DNA from: Caldisericota bacterium
GTDB taxonomy: Bacteria; Caldisericota; Caldisericia; JAAYUI01
Assembly: GCA_029548865.1 (NCBI GenBank)
Contig: JAKPMO010000002.1
Coordinates: forward strand, 64,001 to 128,000
Direction of reading: 5' to 3'
DNA: 64,000 nucleotides
Made by a program: the position numbers and the translations under genes. The notes under the pieces are model-generated. The model did not search any database. It had not been told where the DNA came from and was given only the letters and a program-made list of their open reading frames with translations. Below, piece after piece: positions 34,775-43,904 of the stretch. Numbering within the stretch: the first letter of the stretch is position 1; each line of letters opens with the position of its first letter.

Positions 34775-35530
34775 CTAGTAGTTGAACTCAACGTTCACAT
34801 TTACTGTGATTGAGTAATTGCCGCTGATGATGTTTGGTGATACTCCACCTGCTCCACCGCCACGGGAATCTTCGCTTGGTGCCATGCTCTTGTTTGTTAT
34901 GTATGGCTGGTATCCAGCGATGTTGATGTTTTTGACCGAAAGGACTTTAAGGCTGTATTCGCCAAGCGCGGTGTCTGCCTTGGATTTTGCGTCCCTCATA
35001 GCCGTCTTGAGTGCTTCGGCATAGAAATCTGCCTCGTTTTTCACAGTGTAGTTTATGGAGCCAATCTGGTTGACGCCGTTTTCTGTTCCCTTGTCGATGA
35101 TCTCGCCAATCTTTTTGAGGTCATAAGCTGTCACCTTGAGGGTGTAGCTTGCCTGGTAGCCAACAAGCCTGCTCTCGTTGTCTTCCGGAAAATACTTGTA
35201 GACTGGGTTGAGGTAGTAGCCAATTGTTTCGAGGTCATCTTCCTTGCAGCCGATCTTCTTGAGCGCCTCGATGAGCGCATTTGCCTTGCTGTCGTTCTGC
35301 TGCTGGGCCTGTCTTGCCGATTTGTCAGTTGTTGTAATGGTCAGATCGATAATAAATTTGTCAGGCTTTGCTGTTACTGTCCCTACACCAGTCACAAATA
35401 TTGTATTTTTGTTCTCTGCTTCCTGAACATTCTGCGTGTCTTTTGCACCTACAACGCCAAAGGCCGCTATGGAACCGATAATTAGCGAACCTATGACTAT
35501 CCCTGTCGTCATTATTATAGTTTTCTTCAT
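34775..35530 (-). CDS. SIMPL domain (DUF541/YggE/BP26) protein
   Basis: TIFVTGVGTVTAKPD, GYQASYTLKV, GVNQIGSINY, ALKTAMRDAKSKA; GGAGGT SD. Confidence 0.9.
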   Translation of the reverse strand: MKKTIIMTTGIVIGSLIIGSIAAFGVVGAKDTQNVQEAENKNTIFVTGVGTVTAKPDKFIIDLTITTTDKSARQAQQQNDSKANALIEALKKIGCKEDDLETIGYYLNPVYKYFPEDNESRLVGYQASYTLKVTAYDLKKIGEIIDKGTENGVNQIGSINYTVKNEADFYAEALKTAMRDAKSKADTALGEYSLKVLSVKNINIAGYQPYITNKSMAPSEDSRGGGAGGVSPNIISGNYSITVNVNVEFNY

Positions 35531-35725
35531 TTTGTTACCTCCGTTTTTTGAGTTAGGAGCGCTCACCTTCAGTACACTCCATGCCGTAAAAAAGTTTTTA
35601 ACTGTTCAAAAAAATGTCAAAAATACTGATTTTATTTGACCTGGAACGAGTGTTAGTCAATGCCGGGAGTACCACTATTAATTATAAAAAGAAAATGTTT
35701 TTGGAACAATCAGAAAGAACGTGAT

Positions 35726-36574
35726 CTATTTTGTTTTTTCCCTCAAATAGATAAACCAGTAAGAAATACCAACAAATAACGCCCCTCCAACAATATTGCC
35801 GAGCGTGACCCACAAGAGATTGTTTGCCATGGCGCCTGGCGAGAGGTGTGAAAAATCCTGGGCAGTTTTGCCAATTGATGACCAAAATGATTGCCCTGCA
35901 AAATTTTTTATGAGTATGGCGATGGTGCCAAAATACATGTTGGCGACACTGTGTTCAAATCCTGCGGCCACAAAAGCGGTGATTGGAAAGATTATTGCCA
36001 TTATCTTGCATGTTGTTGTTTTGGCACTGTATGTGAGCCATACAGCCAGGCAAACGAGCACATTACATAAAATTCCTAGAAAAAACATCTGTGATGGCTG
36101 AAGTGCAAATTTGCCCTCTGCAATCTTGAGCGCCCAAAGTCCCACCTGGCCGCCAGAGAAGAGATATTGTCCGCCGAGGAAGATTGTTGCAGCTATTATC
36201 ACGGAACCTACAAAATTGCCAAAATAGACTATCGCCCAGTTGCGAAGAAGTTTTGAGAAGGTGATTTTTTTGTTTGCCCAGGCCATCGCTATCAAGTTGT
36301 TGCCGGTGAAAAGCTCTGCCCCTCCAACAACGACCAGTATGAGTCCAGTGCAAAATGCAAATCCTGCGAGCATTTTTGATATCCCGTAAGGGATTGCCTC
36401 TGAGCCCACAAGAACGGTGGACGAAAAGAAGCCACCTATTGCAATGTATGCACCCGCCAGCAACGAAAGGGTGAATGTTTTTGTAAAGCTCTGGTTGGCT
36501 TTTTTAACGCCTATTTCTTCAGCTTTTTTTGCCATTTCATGAGGTAGCAGCGAATCGAATGATTGATTGTCCAT
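35726..36574 (-). CDS. focA: Formate/nitrite transporter (FNT family)
   Basis: LAGAYIA, GAELFTGN, GNFVG, GILCNVLVCLAVW, FEHSVANM, LGNIVGG. Confidence 0.92.
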   Translation of the reverse strand: MDNQSFDSLLPHEMAKKAEEIGVKKANQSFTKTFTLSLLAGAYIAIGGFFSSTVLVGSEAIPYGISKMLAGFAFCTGLILVVVGGAELFTGNNLIAMAWANKKITFSKLLRNWAIVYFGNFVGSVIIAATIFLGGQYLFSGGQVGLWALKIAEGKFALQPSQMFFLGILCNVLVCLAVWLTYSAKTTTCKIMAIIFPITAFVAAGFEHSVANMYFGTIAILIKNFAGQSFWSSIGKTAQDFSHLSPGAMANNLLWVTLGNIVGGALFVGISYWFIYLREKTK

Positions 36575-36715
36575 TTTTCACCAGCCTTTTGGGATGTAAT
36601 TTATTGCCCCGATTAGGATTTTTTCAAGGTTCATATTTTTGAAAAAAATAGAGTATTGACTTCCCATTAAATGGTGCTAAAAACACAGGAAAACATTTTT
36701 TTGGTTATTTTTAAA

Positions 36716-37297
36716 ATGAAAGATAGAAAATACCAATTTTTAGAGTCAGTAAATAATATTTACCGGAGAACCAAAAAGCCGGTCCATTACTCTAGTGTTG
36801 CGGATTTTTTGGGAGTGTCACTCTCAACCGCATACAACATCCTTCTTGAATTGTCATCCAGGGGTCTCCTCAAAAAGATTTATGAACCTGATGGAAAGAA
36901 GGGCAGGGCGAAGATTTTGTTCATGCCCACAGAGGATGGCACGCTTACTGCAAGCCGTGAAAATGGTGGGAACCTTATGGATTGCATCCTGGCTTGCCAC
37001 TTTGCCATTATGACTGCAGTGATGAAGGCCCCGGAGATTCTCTCCTCAACAAGATGTTGCAAGGATTCTTCCAAATCGGTTGTCGTTGGGCTCATGACCG
37101 GAATATGGGATAAAATAATTGAAAACATATCATGTGATCAAACCTCCATGGAGTTCCTGAACAGGGTTTCAGGGACCAAGAGGCAGTTTCTCAAATCTAT
37201 TTCAAAACTCTCAGATGTTGAAATTAGGTCGTTATGTAGGGCGCTGACATCATTTTTCTTCATGGCAAATAATCTAATCATTATGGGAAGGGGATGA
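36716..37297 (+). CDS. Winged-helix transcriptional regulator
   Basis: PVHYSSVADFLGVSLSTAYNILLELSSRGLL wHTH with GR...F.PT wing; ATGA-coupled to the radical SAM gene. Confidence 0.75.
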   Translation: MKDRKYQFLESVNNIYRRTKKPVHYSSVADFLGVSLSTAYNILLELSSRGLLKKIYEPDGKKGRAKILFMPTEDGTLTASRENGGNLMDCILACHFAIMTAVMKAPEILSSTRCCKDSSKSVVVGLMTGIWDKIIENISCDQTSMEFLNRVSGTKRQFLKSISKLSDVEIRSLCRALTSFFFMANNLIIMGRG

Positions 37298-38757
37298 GAG
37301 AAATTATGAATGCCATTGAAAATGCAAAAAGAATCGCTGGAAATGTTGTTGTAAATGCTGCCATGAATTACATCACCAATGGTAATGTTGAAAGGAAGAT
37401 TGATGACCTTTTTAACATTGCGCTTAAACTTGCCTGGAGACCATGCGACAGGGAACCCATTCTCCAGCTCAAAAGCAGATTCAGGGACCCTGATTGCCCA
37501 CAGAAAAAGCTTCTAGTAAACGTCCTCAAATCCGATCCGAACTGGTTGAAAAAAGCCGCGGCCAATTTTTTTGTAAATTCAATCATTGTTGGCAGAAAAA
37601 AAACGCTGGAGCTGGAAAAAAGAAATAAAATGATGCTCCCGTTCTTTCTCCTTATTGATCCAACAGAGAGATGCAATTACAGGTGCAAGGGCTGCTGGGC
37701 CGGGAATTTTGACCCATGCGACATGCCGTATGAGGTTTTTGATCGCCTGCTTTGCGAGGCCAAGGAGCTTGGGATTTATTTTGTTACGATCAGCGGAGGA
37801 GAGCCTTTTCTTTACAAGGATCTTTTCAAGGTCATGGAGAAGCATCCTGACATGACGTTTCATTTCTACACAAATGGTTCATTGCTTGCTGATGAGGAAT
37901 TTGCTGATAAATTCGTTGCGCTTGGAAATGGACTTCCATGTTTTTCACTTGAAGGTTTTGAAGAAAGAACTGATGAAAGAAGGGGCAAGGGTGCTTTTGT
38001 CAAGGTCATGAAGGCCATGGACAACCTGAGGGAGAGGAGATATCCTTTTGGAATCTCCTGCACTGCAACTTCGCAGAACTACAAAGAAATAACATCTGAC
38101 GAGTTCGTTGATGCCATGGTCAAAAAAGGGGTCGTGCTTGGCTGGTATTTTATGTACATGCCAATAGGCAGGGACCCGGATTTTGAAATCATGCTCAAGC
38201 CAGAACAGCGCAAATACATGTGGCAGAGGACAACAAAAATCAGGAATGAGAAACCGATCGTGTTTGCAGATTTCTGGAACGACGGCCCAGTCACCGATGG
38301 CTGCCTGGCTGGAGGAAGAAGGTATGTACATATAACGGCCGATTGCCATGTTGAGCCTTGTGCTTTTGTGCATTTCAACAGACCTGAAGATAGTGTAAGA
38401 GAGAAATCATTGTTGAAAGTGCTGGAAGAGTCGAAGTTGTTCAATGCGATGAGGGCAAGGCAGAATCCTGCCTATGAATCCAATCCCATGAGGCCATGCT
38501 GGATTGTGGACAGACCGTGGGCCCTGAGAGATGTTGTAAAAGAGGTCTCTGCCGATGCGTCTGAAGCTGGCTCCATCCATCTCATGGATGAAAAAGTCGC
38601 TGGTGAACTTGACAGGAGAGCAAAAGCCTGGGAGCCTGTCGCCAATGAAATATGGGAATCAATCCAGAATTACAACAAGAGATTTGAAAAAATCAGCAAG
38701 ATTGCCCAGAAAAACATACAAAGCCTGGATGACATAAAAGAAGAGGACTTGCATTAG
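37294..38757 (+). CDS. Radical SAM protein with SPASM/twitch domain
   Basis: CNYRCKGC (CxxxCxxC), SGGEP, DFWNDG..GCLAGGRRY.HI...VEPCAF..RPC. Confidence 0.93.
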   Translation: MREIMNAIENAKRIAGNVVVNAAMNYITNGNVERKIDDLFNIALKLAWRPCDREPILQLKSRFRDPDCPQKKLLVNVLKSDPNWLKKAAANFFVNSIIVGRKKTLELEKRNKMMLPFFLLIDPTERCNYRCKGCWAGNFDPCDMPYEVFDRLLCEAKELGIYFVTISGGEPFLYKDLFKVMEKHPDMTFHFYTNGSLLADEEFADKFVALGNGLPCFSLEGFEERTDERRGKGAFVKVMKAMDNLRERRYPFGISCTATSQNYKEITSDEFVDAMVKKGVVLGWYFMYMPIGRDPDFEIMLKPEQRKYMWQRTTKIRNEKPIVFADFWNDGPVTDGCLAGGRRYVHITADCHVEPCAFVHFNRPEDSVREKSLLKVLEESKLFNAMRARQNPAYESNPMRPCWIVDRPWALRDVVKEVSADASEAGSIHLMDEKVAGELDRRAKAWEPVANEIWESIQNYNKRFEKISKIAQKNIQSLDDIKEEDLH

Positions 38758-38781
38758 CTAAGCTTTTAAATATTCCTTAAT

Positions 38782-38822
38782 CAACAACTGCCCTTTGCAT
38801 TTTGTGCAAAGGGCAGTTGTTG
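38782..38822 (+). terminator. Long perfect hairpin (18 bp) after the radical SAM gene
   Basis: CAACAACTGCCCTTTGCA-TTTTG-TGCAAAGGGCAGTTGTTG. Confidence 0.7.
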
Positions 38823-38878
38823 TATTTGGCTTTTCCAAAACATCATAAATAATTTCTTGTATCAACATCAAATTTCAA

Positions 38879-38907
38879 TTGACGAATTGACCGCGTCAAA
38901 CTAGAAT
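38879..38907 (+). promoter_or_regulatory. sigma70-like promoter TTGACG-N17-TAGAAT with overlapping inverted repeat TTGACG-N9-CGTCAA
   Basis: Read directly from the sequence upstream of the second S8 peptidase. Confidence 0.6.
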
Positions 38908-38952
38908 GTATGCAAGACTTAATACAAGCCTGAAATGGCGTTGGAGGCTTTG

Positions 38953-41900
38953 ATGAAGAAAGTTTTAGCGGTTATCTTTGTTTTGGCCATGGTACTCACT
39001 GTCATTCCGTTGCATGGTGATGCCTTTGCTGCGTCCAATGTTGATCCAGAGATCATCTCCATGAAGAACGACGGGAACAAGGTCATTGAAGTCCTTGTTA
39101 AATTCAGTGCTGAACCTGTTGTACAGACATACACGTACCATGGAGCATTCCCGACAACATCAAGTGAAATAATGAGACCAGGAAACGTCATGACAAGTGT
39201 TGCCATGACCCCTATCAGGTTCCAGCAGAGTGTTTTGATGCCGAAACTTGCAAACATAAAAGGCATCATCAAGGTTGGGACGCCACTTCAGTACGTTTAT
39301 AACGGCGTATATATGAGACTTCCGGTAAATAAGGTGTTTGATGTCGCAAGAATTCATGGTGTCAAATACGTAACTTATCTGCCAGAAATGAAGGTAGATC
39401 GTATCAGGTCAAAGACTTTTCTTGGTGCAGAAAGGGTCTGGAATGAAGTAAAGGACCCAAAGGGTAGAAAAGTTGATGGAACGGGAATTATCTGTGCCGT
39501 CACTGATACTGGAATTGACTACACACACCAGGATTTTGGGAGCCAGAAGTCACCCCAGGGCAAAAAAGTAGTTTTCAGCCATGATTTTGGTGATGGCGAT
39601 GATGATTGCCAAGAAATTCAGCCAAGTGGTGCCCAAAACCCAGGAACCAGCCACGGAACAGCATGCTCCGGAATCATAGCCGGTGATGGTCCTGATAATG
39701 AAAAAGGAATGGCCCCAAAAGCCCTTCTTGCTGGTTACAAAATATCTGATTCAAAAAATAATGGTGGCCTTAATAGCGATGGTATCTTAAAAGCATTTGA
39801 GTATCTTGTCACCGAAAAAATACATGTGTCAAACAATTCTTATGGCGCACCTGGTGGTTCTTCATACATGGATGAGCTTGAGAATAATACCGTTTTGGCA
39901 GGTTGCGCTGTCGTTGCCTCTCAGGGTAATGAAGGTTCTCCTGGTCCAAAACTTCCGATCCCATCTGGTTCTACGGCCACACCGGACAATGTTATTGGTG
40001 TTGGTGCAACCGATGACACCGATGGTGTTATCATGAAGATCGAAGATGCCCCAACACAAGAAATGCAGGGTACGTTGTTCCCAGGTGAATGGGGAGATAC
40101 TGGAAAAGTGTTTGGCAATACCGGCGCACCGCTTGAGCTTGTTGATTGTGGATGGGGAAGACCAGAGGATTTTGAGGGTCTTGATCTGACTGGAAAAGCA
40201 GCTCTCATTCAGCGTGGTCCTTCACCAGTGCTTTTCGGAGACAAATTTGGTCCTGCGATCAACTTTAAAGACAAAAACCTGAATGCATCAAAAGCTGGCG
40301 CTAAGGTAATGGTCCTTTATAATCATGAACCAGGTAAAATTGGCGCTCTTTATGCTAATTCCCCTGGTGGTCCGCTTGACAAGAATCTTATCCCAAGCTT
40401 TCACCTTTCGAGAATACAGGGTGAGGCTCTAAGGAAAGAGCTCCACCGTGATAACGAGTGGGAACTTGGTCAAAAAGATACTGACCAGAAAAAAATCATC
40501 ATTAGTTTTGGCAAACCTTCGATAAAAGCCAATGTGGCTGATTTTACTTCCTCTGGTCCAACCCGCAGAATGATGCTCAAGCCAGATGTTTCAGCTCCTG
40601 GAGTTGGCATAGAAACCACAAACCCAACATGGGACGCAAAGAACCCATATATGTTCACATTTGGTGGGACCTCTGCTGCTGGCCCATTTGTGGCTGGTTG
40701 CGTCTCTCTTATACGTCAGGCAAGACCAGACTGGAATCCATTTGAAATAAAGCGTGCCGTAATGAACACAGCAATCCCGCTCAAGCGTTTTGATGGGCAG
40801 GGATATATTCCTTTGACTGTTCAGGGACAGGGAAGAATAAATGTTTACAATGCGATAAATACAGATCTTATGTTCCAGCCACCATCAGGTCTTATTGATA
40901 CAAACAATAACAATGCCATTCATGTTGCAGATTGGCCAGCAGAATGGGCAGATCCAGACAAGAGAAGTCAGCTTCCGGCCAATGTCAGGGACTATCCGAT
41001 AGGAATGAAGATTTACAATTACAACGACAAAGAGAACAAAAATATAGAATTTTCCTTTGAAGTTAATGCAAGGTATCCTGAAAGAATTGATGTATCATTC
41101 TCTACAAAAAATCTTACTGTTCCAAAGATGGTTGGTAAAAAACCTGGAGAAGCATGGGTAGGATTCAACATTACACTCCCAAAAAACATTCAGGGTAACG
41201 TTAATGATATTTTTATTTGGGCGACCGATAAGGCAACTGGCAAAAAGTGGCATGTTGGTTGGTGTATTTATAACAACCAGAATCCAAGAAACAACACTCA
41301 TGCTGGAGCAATAGAGATCAATCCTCCTGAATTTACTCCAAATGGTGATGGTGAGCAGGATGAAATTAAAGTCGACTACACTTTAACCAATGGTACCCTA
41401 CAGCTTTGGAGTGGTTATGCTTGGGATTCTTATCTCAACTTCCAGGATGAGCTGATTTTCTGGGCAATCGATCTAAATTCAGAAAGATGGGTGAAGATTC
41501 ACGAGGCTTCAAATGTGGAAATTGGCAACCATAGCTTCATCTGGGATGGCAAAGATAGCTTTGGAAACTATATTCTTCCTGAAGGAGAATGGTTTATCCA
41601 GGTTTCTGCTTCAGGATCGAAACTTGATCTGTCTAAACGAGCTTTTGTACCTATAAGCGATGATTTTAATCTCCTGAATGAATCTTTTGTTGTTTCAAAA
41701 AGCACTGTGCCGCCGCTACCCACGATATTTGCTTATGCCTTGCCGATTGAGCCGGGTGTTGGCGATGAATTCTCTGTTGGGATCTATATCAAATATGCCG
41801 TCAATGTAAAAACATTACAATTCCAGATCAATTTGAAAGGTTCAGAGGGAATAATAAAATATCTCGGTCATGAAGTTGGTGAATTCATGCAGAGAGATGA

Positions 41901-42336
41901 GCCAAACCTTCTGACCAATATCGAATATGATGAAGAAAAAAATATCGTGAATGTTGACATGCAGAGAGCCCTTGATGGAGTCAGTGGAGAAGGTTACCTC
42001 CTCAAGCTCAGGTTCCTTGCCGAGGAAGCAAACTATTTTGATGTCAACTTCCAGAACCTCTTAGTAACAAGACTTGAAGATCCATCAGATCCAACCAGCG
42101 AAAAGAGCGCCAAGGCTTTCTACAGGAAAGGTGAAATTTCCATCTATAAAACAGCATATTCTGTTGCCGATTTCAACAGAGATGGTGTAGTCAACGAAAA
42201 AGATGCTGCAATAATCCTTGGTAAACTCGGCCTGAGGAGAGGTGATGATGGCTTCTTCTGGAGATGCGATCTCAACTTTGATGATGTTATTGACATCAAT
42301 GATCTCACGGAATTTGCAAAACTGTATCAGAATTGA
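38953..42336 (+). CDS. S8 subtilase with PA, FlgD-Ig, cohesin and C-terminal dockerin-like domains
   Basis: AVTDTGID, HGTACSG, GGTSAAGP triad; GKAALIQRG (PA); FTPNGDG..WDGKD; cohesin GVGDEFSVGIYI..GVSGEGYLLKLRF; dockerin DFNRDGVVNEKD..DLNFDDVIDIND. Confidence 0.92.
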   Translation: MKKVLAVIFVLAMVLTVIPLHGDAFAASNVDPEIISMKNDGNKVIEVLVKFSAEPVVQTYTYHGAFPTTSSEIMRPGNVMTSVAMTPIRFQQSVLMPKLANIKGIIKVGTPLQYVYNGVYMRLPVNKVFDVARIHGVKYVTYLPEMKVDRIRSKTFLGAERVWNEVKDPKGRKVDGTGIICAVTDTGIDYTHQDFGSQKSPQGKKVVFSHDFGDGDDDCQEIQPSGAQNPGTSHGTACSGIIAGDGPDNEKGMAPKALLAGYKISDSKNNGGLNSDGILKAFEYLVTEKIHVSNNSYGAPGGSSYMDELENNTVLAGCAVVASQGNEGSPGPKLPIPSGSTATPDNVIGVGATDDTDGVIMKIEDAPTQEMQGTLFPGEWGDTGKVFGNTGAPLELVDCGWGRPEDFEGLDLTGKAALIQRGPSPVLFGDKFGPAINFKDKNLNASKAGAKVMVLYNHEPGKIGALYANSPGGPLDKNLIPSFHLSRIQGEALRKELHRDNEWELGQKDTDQKKIIISFGKPSIKANVADFTSSGPTRRMMLKPDVSAPGVGIETTNPTWDAKNPYMFTFGGTSAAGPFVAGCVSLIRQARPDWNPFEIKRAVMNTAIPLKRFDGQGYIPLTVQGQGRINVYNAINTDLMFQPPSGLIDTNNNNAIHVADWPAEWADPDKRSQLPANVRDYPIGMKIYNYNDKENKNIEFSFEVNARYPERIDVSFSTKNLTVPKMVGKKPGEAWVGFNITLPKNIQGNVNDIFIWATDKATGKKWHVGWCIYNNQNPRNNTHAGAIEINPPEFTPNGDGEQDEIKVDYTLTNGTLQLWSGYAWDSYLNFQDELIFWAIDLNSERWVKIHEASNVEIGNHSFIWDGKDSFGNYILPEGEWFIQVSASGSKLDLSKRAFVPISDDFNLLNESFVVSKSTVPPLPTIFAYALPIEPGVGDEFSVGIYIKYAVNVKTLQFQINLKGSEGIIKYLGHEVGEFMQRDEPNLLTNIEYDEEKNIVNVDMQRALDGVSGEGYLLKLRFLAEEANYFDVNFQNLLVTRLEDPSDPTSEKSAKAFYRKGEISIYKTAYSVADFNRDGVVNEKDAAIILGKLGLRRGDDGFFWRCDLNFDDVIDINDLTEFAKLYQN

Positions 42337-42349
42337 TCAGGTAAGAAAC

Positions 42350-42381
42350 AAAAGGGGCGGTGATTTTACCGCCCCTTTTTT
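42350..42381 (+). terminator. Rho-independent terminator
   Basis: AAAAGGGGCGGT..ACCGCCCCTTTTTT. Confidence 0.8.
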
Positions 42382-42387
42382 CATATT

Positions 42388-43347
42388 ATGAAAACAAGGG
42401 CTTTCGAACAAAATTTTTTGGGTTTTGCAGCTTCAAAGAAACTCCTTGCAAAAGGAGATAAAATTCTTGTGGGTTGTTCTGGGGGGCCTGATTCAGTTTG
42501 TCTTTTGTTTTTATTGGAAAAGCTCAAAAAAATCCTCGAAATAGAAGTGTTTTGCTGTCATGTCAACCATAATATCAGACCCACATCAAAGAGAGACGAG
42601 AATTATGTTGCATCCCTTTGCGAGAGGCTTGGGACCCCTCTTTTATGCAAAGAAATTTGCCTACCGAAAGAGTTGAAAGGTAACCTTGAAGAGGAAGCAA
42701 GAATATTGCGCCACCACGCACTTGACGAAGCCGCAGAACATTTTAGGTGCAACAAGATTGCCCTTGCCCATAACGCAACAGACAGGGCAGAAACCCTTTT
42801 ACACAATATCGCCAGAGGCGCAGGTCTCTTTGGTGCTGGCACCATGCACCCAAAAACTGGGAAGATTGTAAGGCCATTGCTTTTTGCTTCCAAAAGGAAC
42901 ATTTTGTCTTATCTTTTGTTGCTGGGCGAATCTTATTGCACCGATGAAACAAATGAGGATGTAAGATATTCCAGGAACAGGATACGCAAAAACGTCATCC
43001 CGGAGCTTGAAAAGATTTTTGTCCAGGCTGGCGCAAACATCTCCAGGTTTGCAGATATTGCACAAGAAGAATCCAATTATCTTGACGTGCTTGCCAAAGA
43101 TGCCTTAAAACAGTGTGTTTTTGAGAAAGAAGGGTGCACTTTCTTGGATTGCAGTAAATTATTTGAACAAAACTTTGTAATTCAGCGTAGGGTTGTAAGA
43201 ATCCTTACCAATGGTTCCCCGCCGCTTTCTGCAGTTGATTCGGCATTAATTTTTTTTGGAAAAGGAGAAAATGGCAAATCAGAAATTGTTGGCAGGGCTA
43301 GATTTGTAAAGGTTGGAAAAAATATTGTCAAGGTTTTGCCCTTGTGA
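42388..43347 (+). CDS. tilS: tRNA(Ile)-lysidine synthetase (short form)
   Basis: SGGPDS PP-loop, HVNH, EEEAR, AHNATDRAET, RPLL, RNRIR; tilS-hpt-ftsH synteny. Confidence 0.93.
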   Translation: MKTRAFEQNFLGFAASKKLLAKGDKILVGCSGGPDSVCLLFLLEKLKKILEIEVFCCHVNHNIRPTSKRDENYVASLCERLGTPLLCKEICLPKELKGNLEEEARILRHHALDEAAEHFRCNKIALAHNATDRAETLLHNIARGAGLFGAGTMHPKTGKIVRPLLFASKRNILSYLLLLGESYCTDETNEDVRYSRNRIRKNVIPELEKIFVQAGANISRFADIAQEESNYLDVLAKDALKQCVFEKEGCTFLDCSKLFEQNFVIQRRVVRILTNGSPPLSAVDSALIFFGKGENGKSEIVGRARFVKVGKNIVKVLPL

Positions 43348-43376
43348 TTGATAATGCACAAAAGTATACTCTGGCC

Positions 43377-43904
43377 ATGAACATGAAACTGGAAGGCGTG
43401 CTGATTGACAGCCTTGCGATCCAGAAAAGGGTCGCAGAGTTGGCCTGCCAGATTGCCATGGACTATGGTGAGGATCCGCCGGTTCTGCTACCTGTGCTGA
43501 CAGGTTCTTTCATGTTTGCATCCGACCTGACAAGAAACTTCTCCTTTGATGCACCATTGCATTTTGTTAAAGTCAGCTCTTATGGTTCTTCCACAGTTTC
43601 CAACGGAAAAGTCTCCGTTTCATGTCTGGATAAAATTGATGTGTCCGGCAGGAGGGTCCTGATAATAGAGGACATTGTTGATACAGGACACACGATCAAA
43701 ACTCTTGTTGAACAAATAAAACAAAAAAGCCCGAAAGATGTCAAAGTCGTGTCGCTTTTGGACAAACCCGAAAGGCGTCAGGTCGAGGTCTCGGTTGACT
43801 ATGTGGGGTTTGTGGTGCCAAACAAATTTATTGTTGGCTATGGGCTCGATTGCGATGAGCATTTCAGGTGCCTAAAAGACATATACACAATTAGTGAGGA
43901 GTAA
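43377..43904 (+). CDS. hpt: Hypoxanthine phosphoribosyltransferase
   Basis: VSSYG, VLIIEDIVDTGHT, LLDKP, FIVGYGLD. Confidence 0.95.
   Translation: MNMKLEGVLIDSLAIQKRVAELACQIAMDYGEDPPVLLPVLTGSFMFASDLTRNFSFDAPLHFVKVSSYGSSTVSNGKVSVSCLDKIDVSGRRVLIIEDIVDTGHTIKTLVEQIKQKSPKDVKVVSLLDKPERRQVEVSVDYVGFVVPNKFIVGYGLDCDEHFRCLKDIYTISEE

Noticed and set aside
42388..43347. tilS as a truncated pseudogene
   Set aside because: Catalytic motifs are intact, short TilS forms lacking C-terminal domains are known, and synteny with hpt-ftsH is normal.
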